A program made the position numbers and the translations under genes. A model generated the notes under the pieces. That model saw nothing but the letters and a program-made list of their open reading frames with translations, did no database searches and had not been told where the DNA came from. Of a stretch of 52,405 bases of DNA, positions 1 through 10,489 are shown piece after piece. Numbering within the stretch: the stretch's first letter is position 1; each line of letters opens with the position of its first letter. Origin of the DNA: a bacterium (GTDB lineage Bacteria > Cyanobacteriota > Vampirovibrionia > LMEP-6097); NCBI GenBank assembly GCA_046080385.1, contig JBJTTW010000130.1:1-52405 (forward strand), in the 5' to 3' direction.

Positions 1-168
1 GAATTTATAGATTATGTTCAAGAGGATCGAGATTCTCTCGGCAATTTAGGTCTAGAAGCTTTACTTAGTCAAGATGTGCGTGAAAATATTATGGATATAG
101 CAAGTGAGCTTGCTACTAATCTAGTTTATAGAATATGCTGGGGCGGTGATTTTCAGATTAAGTCATGA
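1..168 (+). CDS. 3' end of an unidentified CDS running in from the window edge
   Basis: Frame 1 is open from base 1 (EFIDYVQEDRDSLG...DFQIKS) to TGA at 166-168; that TGA lies inside a repeat copy (CATGAGGACGACG). Confidence 0.5.
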   Translation, partial: EFIDYVQEDRDSLGNLGLEALLSQDVRENIMDIASELATNLVYRICWGGDFQIKS

Positions 169-596
169 GGACGACGAAAACGCAGAGAATGTAGTTATAC
201 TGCGGTCTCTTAGGGGCGTGTAGCCAAACGAACAAGTTCAAGGCCGAGGAGGACGAATGACCGCAGTGCACTTAAGGATCCGCTGAAAAATGCTGTTTTT
301 AGCATTTTTCGACCCCGACCGAGGTATAAAACCTAGCTCGGGGAGCGGATCCTTAATCTCTTTACCTGACAGTCCGTGATGAAAAATGAAATTTTTCATC
401 ACTTCCTTAGCGTGCATGAGGATCATGAGGACGACGAAAACGCAGAAATTGGAGTCATACAGCGATACCCAGTTAGAGACTGCTGTATAACGTGCAGTTT
501 CAAGGCTGAGGCGAACGAATGACCGCAGTGCACTTAGCGTGCATGAGGATCATGAGGACAACGAAAACGCAGAAAATGTAGTTATACAGCAGTCTC
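163..596 (+). repeat. Cluster of palindromic RPE/MITE-like repeat units, including a nested insertion
   Basis: Three GAGGAC(G/A)ACGAAAACGCAGA cores; a complete 121-bp unit at 476-596 with perfect 16-bp terminal inverted repeats GAGACTGCTGTATAAC/GTTATACAGCAGTCTC flanked by TTA; a second element type (TTAAGGATCCGCT...AGCGGATCCTTAA) at 272-356. Confidence 0.9.
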
Positions 597-1301
597 TTAG
601 GCTAAGTTTTTAACTAGGTCAAACCTACGGCTTACTACATCCCAATCAATAATTTTAGTAAAAGCTTCAAGATATTTAGCTTTTCCTTCTTTCTTGAAAT
701 CAGCTACATAAGCATGTTCGTAAACATCTAGAGCTAATATTGGAACTATAAAATTAGGGAAATTAGCAGAATGATCTTGCAGAGCGTAATTAAAAATTTT
801 ACCGTTAAGTAGATTAAGACCCGTTACTGACCAGCCTTCTACTTTCATCGCAAGTTCAGTTAAATTTTTCATATAGGCATCGAAGGACCCAAAAGTTTTA
901 TCAATAGTTCTATTTAGGCTAGAACTACGCTTAGATTCTTCTGTACTCATGTTCGTAAAATAGATATCATGTAAAGCCATGCCATTTAGAGAGAAGGCTA
1001 GGTGTTTTAGTCCAAATTCTGTGATATTACCTACTGCCATTTCTGCTTCAGCTTGATTTACATTTTTAACGTAATTAGAATATAGCCCTAGATGGTTTTT
1101 TATAATCTCTGGGCTTAAGCCGAGTTTATCGTTTTTAGTCAGGTGTTCAAAATTTTTCTCTTGATATTGACCATTTTTATAAATGGGGTAGAGTTCATTT
1201 ATATTAAATTTCGCTCCTTTAGAGCAAGCACCTAGTACATTACTAAGTCCAAGCCCTAAGCCAGTGAAAGCGGCCGCGTTAAGAAAATTTCTACGATTCA
1301 T
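597..1301 (-). CDS. Fe/Mn superoxide dismutase-family protein (ChrC-like) with Tat/lipoprotein signal
   Basis: Metal-ligand motifs NHLGLY, LHDIYF, LALDVYEHAY; N-terminus MNRRNFL...LGAC. The ATG at 1301 is preferred over the ORF-track start at 1334. Confidence 0.8.
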   Translation of the reverse strand: MNRRNFLNAAAFTGLGLGLSNVLGACSKGAKFNINELYPIYKNGQYQEKNFEHLTKNDKLGLSPEIIKNHLGLYSNYVKNVNQAEAEMAVGNITEFGLKHLAFSLNGMALHDIYFTNMSTEESKRSSSLNRTIDKTFGSFDAYMKNLTELAMKVEGWSVTGLNLLNGKIFNYALQDHSANFPNFIVPILALDVYEHAYVADFKKEGKAKYLEAFTKIIDWDVVSRRFDLVKNLA

Positions 1302-1414
1302 TTCTACCATAATGATAATTATAGAGCTAATCAAGCGAAGAGTGGTAACCGTGCTTGTTTAGCCATACTCAGCATGATGGCTAAGGATGATCATTTGCTA
1401 GAGGAAGAAGAATA

Positions 1415-2299
1415 TTAGTGTTCAGAGAGAAAATTAATCATCGAGTCTATTAACCTACCATTTGCCACTCGATCGAAACCAGCAAACATAGGACTCGTAT
1501 TAATTTCAAGTAAATTAAAAGTCGAGGTCTTTTTAGAAAATTTAAGATCTGCGGCCGAAAAATCTAATCCTAAGTGCTGATTCAGCTCATCAAGCTTCAT
1601 GATTAGATTTGAATCATTTTCAATTAATCTCATAGAATTATCCTCATTATTTGCTCGATAATCGAGCGCAGTAGAATTAATTTCAAAGCTAAAAAAATCT
1701 TTACCAATCTTAAAGACCCTCAGTTCAGGGTAGTCTAAAAGACTCTGACATATCATGGGAGACCTCGTGACCTGTTCTACATAGACAGTCTCGTCAAATT
1801 TATTTAATTCTTTAGTATAATCCCCTCCAGAAACGGGCTTTCTAATCATTTTTTCTTTATCAGTTAATAAATTCAAATCCCTTACAGAATTGCTAATATA
1901 AGTATCTGGTATTGAGATACCTAATCTGTGAGCTAGGTTCAATACATAAATTTTTTGAAAGAATGGTGCGGAAAGTAAACTGCGATTGAATACTTTTACG
2001 TCTGGATTAGCTAAAGTCCAAGCAGAAAATATTTGCTTCCAAGTATGTGCCAGATCATGATCATGAGGATTTTGAGTGTCTAAATATTGAAAAACATCTG
2101 TACGCATGAAAATTGCGGTAACGTCAAAAATCTGATCATTAAAAAATAAATGATTACTTTTTAAATCGTAATGAAATTTATGAAAACTATTGTCACCGCA
2201 AAGAACCACTTTAATCGATAAGCCACGCTCACTTAATAGCGTAATTAAACGAATTAAATTAAAATCTTTTTCCCCGCCGACTACTGCTATTTTATTCAT
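1415..2299 (-). CDS. RimK-like ATP-grasp ligase, probable graspetide (plesiocin PsnB-like) macrocyclase
   Basis: ATP-grasp motifs IPDTYISN, RKPVSGG, QSLLDYPELRVF, DYR, AADLK...LLEINTSPMF; directly downstream of a TTxxxxEE repeat protein. Confidence 0.85.
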   Translation of the reverse strand: MNKIAVVGGEKDFNLIRLITLLSERGLSIKVVLCGDNSFHKFHYDLKSNHLFFNDQIFDVTAIFMRTDVFQYLDTQNPHDHDLAHTWKQIFSAWTLANPDVKVFNRSLLSAPFFQKIYVLNLAHRLGISIPDTYISNSVRDLNLLTDKEKMIRKPVSGGDYTKELNKFDETVYVEQVTRSPMICQSLLDYPELRVFKIGKDFFSFEINSTALDYRANNEDNSMRLIENDSNLIMKLDELNQHLGLDFSAADLKFSKKTSTFNLLEINTSPMFAGFDRVANGRLIDSMINFLSEH

Positions 2300-2377
2300 G
2301 GTCTTAAAACATCATCTAAATATGATAGTAACTAATATTCCCGAATATTTACCAGAATAACTTAGAAAATATTTGAT

Positions 2378-2518
2378 CTGATTACCTACAAAGCCGCCCC
2401 TAATTTCAAATTTCAACCTTTCTGAAATTGAATCTTATGGTCATGCTTTAGTCATAGCCTTGATAAGTAGGTAGCATTAGATTTTAAGGCTTTTTATGGC
2501 GGCTTAATTAGGTAATCA
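2378..2518. mobile_element. MITE-like element between precursor and ligase genes
   Basis: Imperfect terminal inverted repeats TGATTACCTAcaAAGCCGCC (2379-2398) and GGCGGCTTaatTAGGTAATCA (2498-2518), flanked by the direct repeat AAATATTTGAT (2367-2377 and 2519-2529). Confidence 0.6.
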
Positions 2519-2541
2519 AAATATTTGATTACAAGTCATAT

Positions 2542-3594
2542 TTAGAAAGGGCGTCTCCCTGCTGAATCCTCTTCACCAAGTGCTTGAGTTGTAGCTATTG
2601 GAGGTTTTCCTGCTGAATCCTCTTCACCAAGTGCTTGAGTTGTAGCTACTGGGGGTTTTCCTGCTGAATCTTCTTCACCAAGTGCTTGAGTTGTAGCTAT
2701 TGGAGGTTTTCCTGCTGCATCCTCTTCACCAAGTGCTTGGGTTGAAACTATTGGAGGTTTTCCTGCTACATCCTCTTTACCAAGTGCTTGAGTTGTAGCT
2801 ACTGGAGGTTTTCCTACTGCATCCTCTTCACCAAGTGCTTGAGTTGTAGCTATTGGGGGTTTTCCTGCTGAATCCTCTTCACCAAGTGCTTGAGTTGTAG
2901 CTATTGGGGGTTTTCCTACTGAATCCTCTTCACCAAGTGCTTGAGTTGTAGCTATTGGAGGTTTTCCTGCTGAACCAAGTGCTTGAGTTGTAGCTATTGG
3001 GGGTTTTCCTGCTGAATCTTCTTCACCAAGTGCTTGAGTTGTAGCTATTGGGGGTTTTCCTACTGAATCCTCTTCACCAAGTGCTTGAGTTGTAGCTACT
3101 GGGGGTTTTCCTGCTGAATCCTCTTCACCAAGTGCTTGAGTTGTAGCTACTGGAGGTTTTCCTGCTGAATCCTCTTCACCAAGTGCTTGAGTTGTAGCTA
3201 CTGGAGGTTTTCCTGCTGAATCTTCTTTTCCTTTCAGTAGATTCTGAAGAGCCTTAATATCATCAGAATTGACTACATTATCCCCAGTTAGATCGGTTGA
3301 GAATTTAAAAGAAGAATTAATGTGACCATCTTCAGTGAATAGTTTTGCAATATTGGCGTTAGTTGAGATTTTCTTTAATTCTTTAACTAAAGAAGATACC
3401 TCTTTTTTATCAACTTTTCCGTCTTTATTCTTGTCAATATCTAAACCCAAATCTTTCAGTGTTTTGCTTAAATCATTCAAGGCAGTATTATTAGTGGGTC
3501 CCCTTAAAATCTTTTCAAAGTCGGAAATAACTTCTCTGATTAATCCCTGTTTTTCTTTTTGTTCTTCTGTAAGTCTTATATTATTATTATTCAT
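2542..3594 (-). CDS. Multicore graspetide (omega-ester peptide) precursor with 13 TTxxxxEE-type repeats and an EF-hand-containing leader
   Basis: 127-aa leader followed by 13 repeats of GKPP(V/I)ATTQALGEED(S/A)(A/V); adjacent ATP-grasp gene on the same strand. Confidence 0.85.
   Translation of the reverse strand: MNNNNIRLTEEQKEKQGLIREVISDFEKILRGPTNNTALNDLSKTLKDLGLDIDKNKDGKVDKKEVSSLVKELKKISTNANIAKLFTEDGHINSSFKFSTDLTGDNVVNSDDIKALQNLLKGKEDSAGKPPVATTQALGEEDSAGKPPVATTQALGEEDSAGKPPVATTQALGEEDSVGKPPIATTQALGEEDSAGKPPIATTQALGSAGKPPIATTQALGEEDSVGKPPIATTQALGEEDSAGKPPIATTQALGEEDAVGKPPVATTQALGKEDVAGKPPIVSTQALGEEDAAGKPPIATTQALGEEDSAGKPPVATTQALGEEDSAGKPPIATTQALGEEDSAGRRPF
2560..3213 (-). repeat. 51-bp coding tandem repeat, 13 units (one with a 9-bp deletion)
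   Basis: Unit such as tgctgaatcctcttcaccaagtgcttgagttgtagctattggaggttttcc repeated head to tail. Confidence 0.95.
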
Positions 3595-3650
3595 AATGTC
3601 TCCTGATTAGCTGCTTCCATTGTCAACTAATTAGGTTAAAATTTGATTAT

Positions 3651-3759
3651 TGAGACCGCTGCACAATCACAAAAACTTCCGATAAGTTTTTGTGATTAGT
3701 AAACTTATCAAAGTTTCAATTGAGTATTTCTAGAACCCCCTAGTTTTGCAGCAGTCTCA
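3651..3759. repeat. Palindromic element sharing GAGAC(C/T)GCTGCA ends with the main repeat family but with a different interior
   Basis: TGAGACCGCTGCA...TGCAGCAGTCTCA termini; internal hairpin AATCACAAAAACTT/AAGTTTTTGTGATT. Confidence 0.7.
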
Positions 3760-3768
3760 TATTGGAAA

Positions 3769-4791
3769 TTAAAATTCAATAACTGCCGCGCCCCAAGTCA
3801 TTCCCGCTCCAAAACCAGCCATGGCGATAGTTTGTTTTTTACCGTTTTTAACTATACGTCCCTCTTCTATGGCTTCGTGAAAAGCAATCGGAATGCTAGC
3901 AGAGCTGGTGTTTCCATATTTTTCAATATTGCAAATAAATTTTTCCATTGGTAGATTAAAGCGTTTAGCAGCACTTTCAAGAATTCTGTAATTAGCTTGA
4001 TGTGGCACTACCCAGTCTATAGTAGATGGGTCTACATTTGCTTTGGCACAAGCTTGCTCAATCGACTCTGGGAGAGCTTTTACTGCAAACTGATAGACAG
4101 CTTGACCATTCATGCTGACCATCTCTGGTTTAGTATCAATATCTTCAGCTTTCACGGGGTAATGTGAGCGAGTATTTTTTAGATAAAGAGCCTCATCCTT
4201 ATCTGCTTTAGCGTTTAGATAGAATCCTTTAAATGATGAATCAGCTTCTGCTACCGCAGTTAAGAGTACGGCTCCAGCACCATCTCCGAAGATCACGGCT
4301 GTTCTTCTATCTGACCAATCTACGTATCTAGACATCAGGTCTACTGAAAGAACTAAAACGTTTTTATATTGACCACTTTTAATAAAGGTATCGGCGATGT
4401 TTAGTGCGTAGATAAAGCCAGTGCAAGCTGCTGAAATATCAAATCCTGCACAGGACTCTATTCCAAGTAAGGGCTGTACCATACACGCTGTAGATGGAAA
4501 AAGATTATCGCTAGTGGCTGTGGAGCAGATGATTAAATCTATATCGCTAGGCTTAATATCGAATTCTGGATTTAATTTTTTAGCCTGTTCAAAACAGGAT
4601 TTAGCTGCTGCGGCAGCTAAGGTCGTGGAGTTTTCACCGATAGATTCATCGGCGACACGACGTTCTTTAATGCCAGTACGCTGGGTTATCCAATCATCGG
4701 AAGTATCCATCAGTGATTCTAAATCAAAGTTAGTTACTACCTTCTTTGGTAGGGCCTTTCCGAAGGCCAGTATTTTTGATCCAATATTCAT
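3769..4791 (-). CDS. fabH: 3-oxoacyl-ACP synthase III
   Basis: DTSDDWITQRTGIKERR, AACTGF (catalytic Cys), PHQAN, GNTSSASIP, GFGAG. Confidence 0.95.
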   Translation of the reverse strand: MNIGSKILAFGKALPKKVVTNFDLESLMDTSDDWITQRTGIKERRVADESIGENSTTLAAAAAKSCFEQAKKLNPEFDIKPSDIDLIICSTATSDNLFPSTACMVQPLLGIESCAGFDISAACTGFIYALNIADTFIKSGQYKNVLVLSVDLMSRYVDWSDRRTAVIFGDGAGAVLLTAVAEADSSFKGFYLNAKADKDEALYLKNTRSHYPVKAEDIDTKPEMVSMNGQAVYQFAVKALPESIEQACAKANVDPSTIDWVVPHQANYRILESAAKRFNLPMEKFICNIEKYGNTSSASIPIAFHEAIEEGRIVKNGKKQTIAMAGFGAGMTWGAAVIEF

Positions 4792-4918
4792 AATAAGTTT
4801 ACTAAGTTTAAATATACCAATAAACTGACACCTTTGTCATAAAAAAACTGATAATTGTGTCATATTTTTATACTCCCCAAAGAAATAACTTGATGATACA
4901 CTGTTTTTAAGGTACTTT

Positions 4919-5908
4919 TTGAACTCAGAGTGTTTATTAATGGAAAAGCAAAAGCAGAAAAAAGAAAAGACTGAAGAAATTCATAAGCTTCTAGCTGATT
5001 ATGCCAAAACTAAAGACAAGAAGCTTAGAGACAAGCTTGTCAATATTAACTTTATTCTTGTCAAAAAGATTGCTCACGGTCTTGCTCGAAGAAGTACTGA
5101 CCCTGTAGATGATTTGATACAGATAGGATCTATCGGTCTTATTAAGGCTATAGATTATTTCAATCCAGATGCTGGAGCAAGATTTACTACTTATGCTACT
5201 CACCTTATTACTGGTGAGATTCGCCATTATCTTCGTGATAAAACTTCTATGATTAGAGCTCCAAGAGAACTTCAGGAATTAAGTTTTAGGATTAATAAGG
5301 TAGTACAAAAATTAAGAGCTGAATTCGGTAGAGATCCGACTGATTTAGAAATCGCAAGTGTACTTACGGACGTTAAAGAGACGAAGATAAAAGAAGCTTA
5401 TGAGGTAGATAGAAGAAAGACTTTAGTGTCTTTAGATCAAACTATAAGCCCGAATCCTTCTGAAAATGACACTTCTCTTGTTGATACTTTAGCTGATATG
5501 CGTGAGTACCGCAGAAATGACGTTCGTGAGGACTTCATGACTGTTAAAGAAATGATCACTAAGCTAAAAGAGCCTTTAGCAGAAATTATAGATTTAATAT
5601 ATTTCCAAGACACGCCGCAGTCTGATGTCGCTAATATTCTAGGTATCTCTCAGATGCAGGTTTCTAGGAGATTAAAAAAGGCTACAGCTGCTCTGCAAGA
5701 GTTATTTAATGGTTCCATGAACCCAGAGAGGCTAGCTGATACGACTATAATTCCAGAGGAAAGAAAAGCTGCGGCTCAAGTGGTTGCTACTGCAAACAGT
5801 CCTTTAAATACTACTATTACTGGTAATCGCAGTTCCGCTGGTAGAAAGGTTTCTAGGTCTAGTTTGGGAGCTAAATTAAGAGCTAAGAGTCAGCCTAATC
5901 AAGAGTAG
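4919..5908 (+). CDS. RNA polymerase sigma factor, SigB/SigF/SigG family
   Basis: DLIQIGSIGLIKAID, RFTTYA...ITGEIRHYLRD, region-4 HTH QSDVANILGISQMQVSRRL; start may be the ATG at 4940. Confidence 0.9.
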   Translation: MNSECLLMEKQKQKKEKTEEIHKLLADYAKTKDKKLRDKLVNINFILVKKIAHGLARRSTDPVDDLIQIGSIGLIKAIDYFNPDAGARFTTYATHLITGEIRHYLRDKTSMIRAPRELQELSFRINKVVQKLRAEFGRDPTDLEIASVLTDVKETKIKEAYEVDRRKTLVSLDQTISPNPSENDTSLVDTLADMREYRRNDVREDFMTVKEMITKLKEPLAEIIDLIYFQDTPQSDVANILGISQMQVSRRLKKATAALQELFNGSMNPERLADTTIIPEERKAAAQVVATANSPLNTTITGNRSSAGRKVSRSSLGAKLRAKSQPNQE

Positions 5909-5970
5909 GGTGCCATTTAGTTTTTTCGCTAACTAGCTAGATATTTATAAAACGAGTTAGGATTATATAT

Positions 5971-7419
5971 ATGTCTATTGATAATGCAGTTAAAGAGAAT
6001 AATGCAGAGAGTTTACTTGCTGATATAGCTATTACAGCTGAGCTTGCAGATTATAGCCCCGTTAAAGGCTGTATGGTTATTAGACCTTACGGTTATGCTA
6101 TTTGGGAAAACATCCAGAAAATACTTGATAAGATGATTAAAGATACTGGCCATGAGAATGCTTATTTCCCTTTACTCGTTCCAGAGAGCTTTTTACAGAA
6201 AGAAGCTGAACACGTAGAAGGCTTCGCGCCAGAGTGTGCTGTAGTAACTCATGCTGGGGGGAAGGAGCTTTCGGAGAGGTACGTTATCAGACCGACTTCT
6301 GAAACGATTATTAACCATATGTTTTCTAAATGGATTAACTCGTATCGTGATCTTCCTCTGAAACTGAATCAGTGGGCGAATGTTATGCGTTGGGAGATGC
6401 GTACCCGTTTATTCTTAAGGACTTCAGAGTTTTTATGGCAGGAAGGCCATACTTGTCATGCGACTCACGAAGAATCTAAAGAAGAAGTAATTAAGATGAT
6501 TCATGTTTATGAAGATCTTTTGCATAATTATTTAGCATTGCCGATACACATAGGTGAAAAGACCGAGTCAGAGAGGTTCGCTGGAGCGGTTTCTACTTTT
6601 TCGATAGAAGCTTTAATGCGTGATGGAAAGGCTTTACAGGCTGGAACTTCACACGATTTAGGTCAGAATTTTGCTAAAGCCTTTGATACTACATTTACAG
6701 ATTCAGAAAATAAATTAGCTCATGTTTGGCAGACTTCTTGGGGAGTGAGTACTAGGCTTATTGGTGCTGTGATTATGGGTCATCATGATGAAGTTGGGTT
6801 GATATTACCTCCGAAAATAGCTCCTTATCAGGTGGTTATAATTCCTATTTTGAAAAAGAATTTTGATAACACTAAAGTTCTGAATCAAGCTAAATTATTC
6901 CAAAAAGAACTCACTGATTTAGGTCTAAGGGTGAAATTAGATGATAGAGAGCAGATTAGCCAAGGTATTAAATTTAATGAATATGAACAAAAGGGTGTGC
7001 CTTTAAGATTAGTAATCGGTGAGCGTGATCTAGAGAATGGCTGTGTAGAACTCCATCGCCGTGATATTCGTAGTAAAGAGAAGGATATTCAGATAGCAGG
7101 TCTAATTGAGAGAATAGTTAGGCTTTTAGATGAAATTCAGTCTGGGCTTTTCACTCGTGCCTTAGAGTATAGAAAAGAGAATACTAAAATAGTAAAAAAT
7201 ATCTCTGAGTTAGATTCAGTTTTAGACTCTAAGTCCTTGGGCTTTGCTAGAGCCATGTGGAACGGTGATGTAGAGCTAGAGAGAATTTTAAAAGAAAAAT
7301 TTAGCGCAAGTATTCGCTGTATGCCACTTAGACCAGAGCTGCCAAGTGATCATCCTTGTATTATTTCAGGTACGGCTTCGCCTCAGAATCGTGAAATACT
7401 TATAGCTAAGGCTTATTAA
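5971..7419 (+). CDS. proS: Proline--tRNA ligase (archaeal/eukaryote-type)
   Basis: RPYGYAIWE, HVEGFAPE, RPTSET, FLWQEGHT, QAGTSHDLGQNF, C-terminal AKAY. Confidence 0.95.
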   Translation: MSIDNAVKENNAESLLADIAITAELADYSPVKGCMVIRPYGYAIWENIQKILDKMIKDTGHENAYFPLLVPESFLQKEAEHVEGFAPECAVVTHAGGKELSERYVIRPTSETIINHMFSKWINSYRDLPLKLNQWANVMRWEMRTRLFLRTSEFLWQEGHTCHATHEESKEEVIKMIHVYEDLLHNYLALPIHIGEKTESERFAGAVSTFSIEALMRDGKALQAGTSHDLGQNFAKAFDTTFTDSENKLAHVWQTSWGVSTRLIGAVIMGHHDEVGLILPPKIAPYQVVIIPILKKNFDNTKVLNQAKLFQKELTDLGLRVKLDDREQISQGIKFNEYEQKGVPLRLVIGERDLENGCVELHRRDIRSKEKDIQIAGLIERIVRLLDEIQSGLFTRALEYRKENTKIVKNISELDSVLDSKSLGFARAMWNGDVELERILKEKFSASIRCMPLRPELPSDHPCIISGTASPQNREILIAKAY

Positions 7420-7461
7420 TTTTTTCAGAAAAAGTTTTTCAGAGCACATTCAGGAGACACT

Positions 7462-7683
7462 ATGCAGAAGCCAGATCCAGAAGAATTAAGAGAGTGGCAG
7501 ATGAATGCAGAGCAGCGCCGGGCTATATTGCCGTCACAGTTTGCGATGCGCGGGCATTATGTGCAGTTAATTTGTGGTCACTGTGGAGGTGATTTTACCA
7601 GAAAAATGTTACCCCAGCGAAATGATCCAGTTTATGTGTGTCCTAAATGTAATTCTCGAAATTATGTGCCGATACAGTGGTGA
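7462..7683 (+). CDS. Small zinc-ribbon protein
   Basis: CGHC...CPKC motif pair; AGGAG RBS before the ATG. Confidence 0.7.
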   Translation: MQKPDPEELREWQMNAEQRRAILPSQFAMRGHYVQLICGHCGGDFTRKMLPQRNDPVYVCPKCNSRNYVPIQW

Positions 7684-7736
7684 AGAGGCTTATGTACCGC
7701 ACATCGTTTTACGCTATCGCTAATAAATGAGCTTTA

Positions 7737-8018
7737 TTAAGCTATCGCTAATAAATAGACTTCGTAAATTTCACCATCTATAAGCATGGTGCGAGGAGCA
7801 CCCTTGCGATTTTTCTTTTTCTTATCAATAATTTTCATTAATTTAGCACCAGAAAGTGCTGAATTAGCTTTATCCTGTGCGGCTTGAGCTTGGGCTAAAT
7901 TAGATTTTTGCTGCTCAAGCGAAAACTCTGCCCCACCTTTATTCTGCGAAGCTCCCTGATTCCCTTGACCTATATTTGGTCCTTGGCCGCCAATTGAAGG
8001 TAATCCACCTAAACCCAT
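7737..8018 (-). CDS. Hypothetical protein
   Basis: 93-aa ORF filling the gap, G/Q-rich N-terminus. Confidence 0.55.
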   Translation of the reverse strand: MGLGGLPSIGGQGPNIGQGNQGASQNKGGAEFSLEQQKSNLAQAQAAQDKANSALSGAKLMKIIDKKKKNRKGAPRTMLIDGEIYEVYLLAIA

Positions 8019-8139
8019 ATATACTTTATTATAAGTTTAAGTTAAGTCTAGGTTAAGCTTATAAATTAATTTTCAATTTAAGACTCACTTAAAAGTTGTA
8101 TTCGGCAACAGTGCCATTCCGTGGAGTATACTGTGACCC

Positions 8140-10182
<2,043 letters not shown>

Positions 10183-10201
10183 TTATAATTCTAGCATTTT
10201 T

Positions 10202-10489
10202 TCATCGAATTCTCCCATAACGAATTGTTATGAGATCATCACCATACACTAAGCTAATCGAGCTGCTATCAGCACTGAAAGCTTCTGCCTCACTAGGATC
10301 TATAAATACAGAGGCGTTACCACTATCGCTTACGAAACTATAGGTTTTTCCACCCAAGGCTTCGACTTTAACAGCGAAGGATATTCTGTAACCAACATTA
10401 AATCTAGAGCTAAGTTCTACTCTGACTTCTTTACCTTGAAGGCGATTTAAAAAATGAGTGAGTTCAGTCTTCTCATCAGGGCTTAACAT
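10202..10489 (-). CDS. Hypothetical protein
   Basis: 95-aa ORF coupled between the desaturase and gyrB. Confidence 0.55.
   Translation of the reverse strand: MLSPDEKTELTHFLNRLQGKEVRVELSSRFNVGYRISFAVKVEALGGKTYSFVSDSGNASVFIDPSEAEAFSADSSSISLVYGDDLITIRYGRIR

Noticed and set aside
238-426. 62-aa ORF
   Set aside because: Lies wholly within nested repeat elements; most likely a by-product of the repeat sequence.
163-596. CRISPR array
   Set aside because: Repeats are irregularly spaced, the intervening sequences are themselves repeated elsewhere, and there are no cas genes; the pattern fits palindromic miniature elements.
2560-3213. CRISPR or non-coding VNTR reading of the 51-bp repeats
   Set aside because: There are no unique spacers; the unit length is a multiple of three and all variation preserves the reading frame.
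7713-7756. 16-bp direct repeat GCTATCGCTAATAAAT between convergent genes
   Set aside because: A single local duplication with no element between the copies; no function can be supported.
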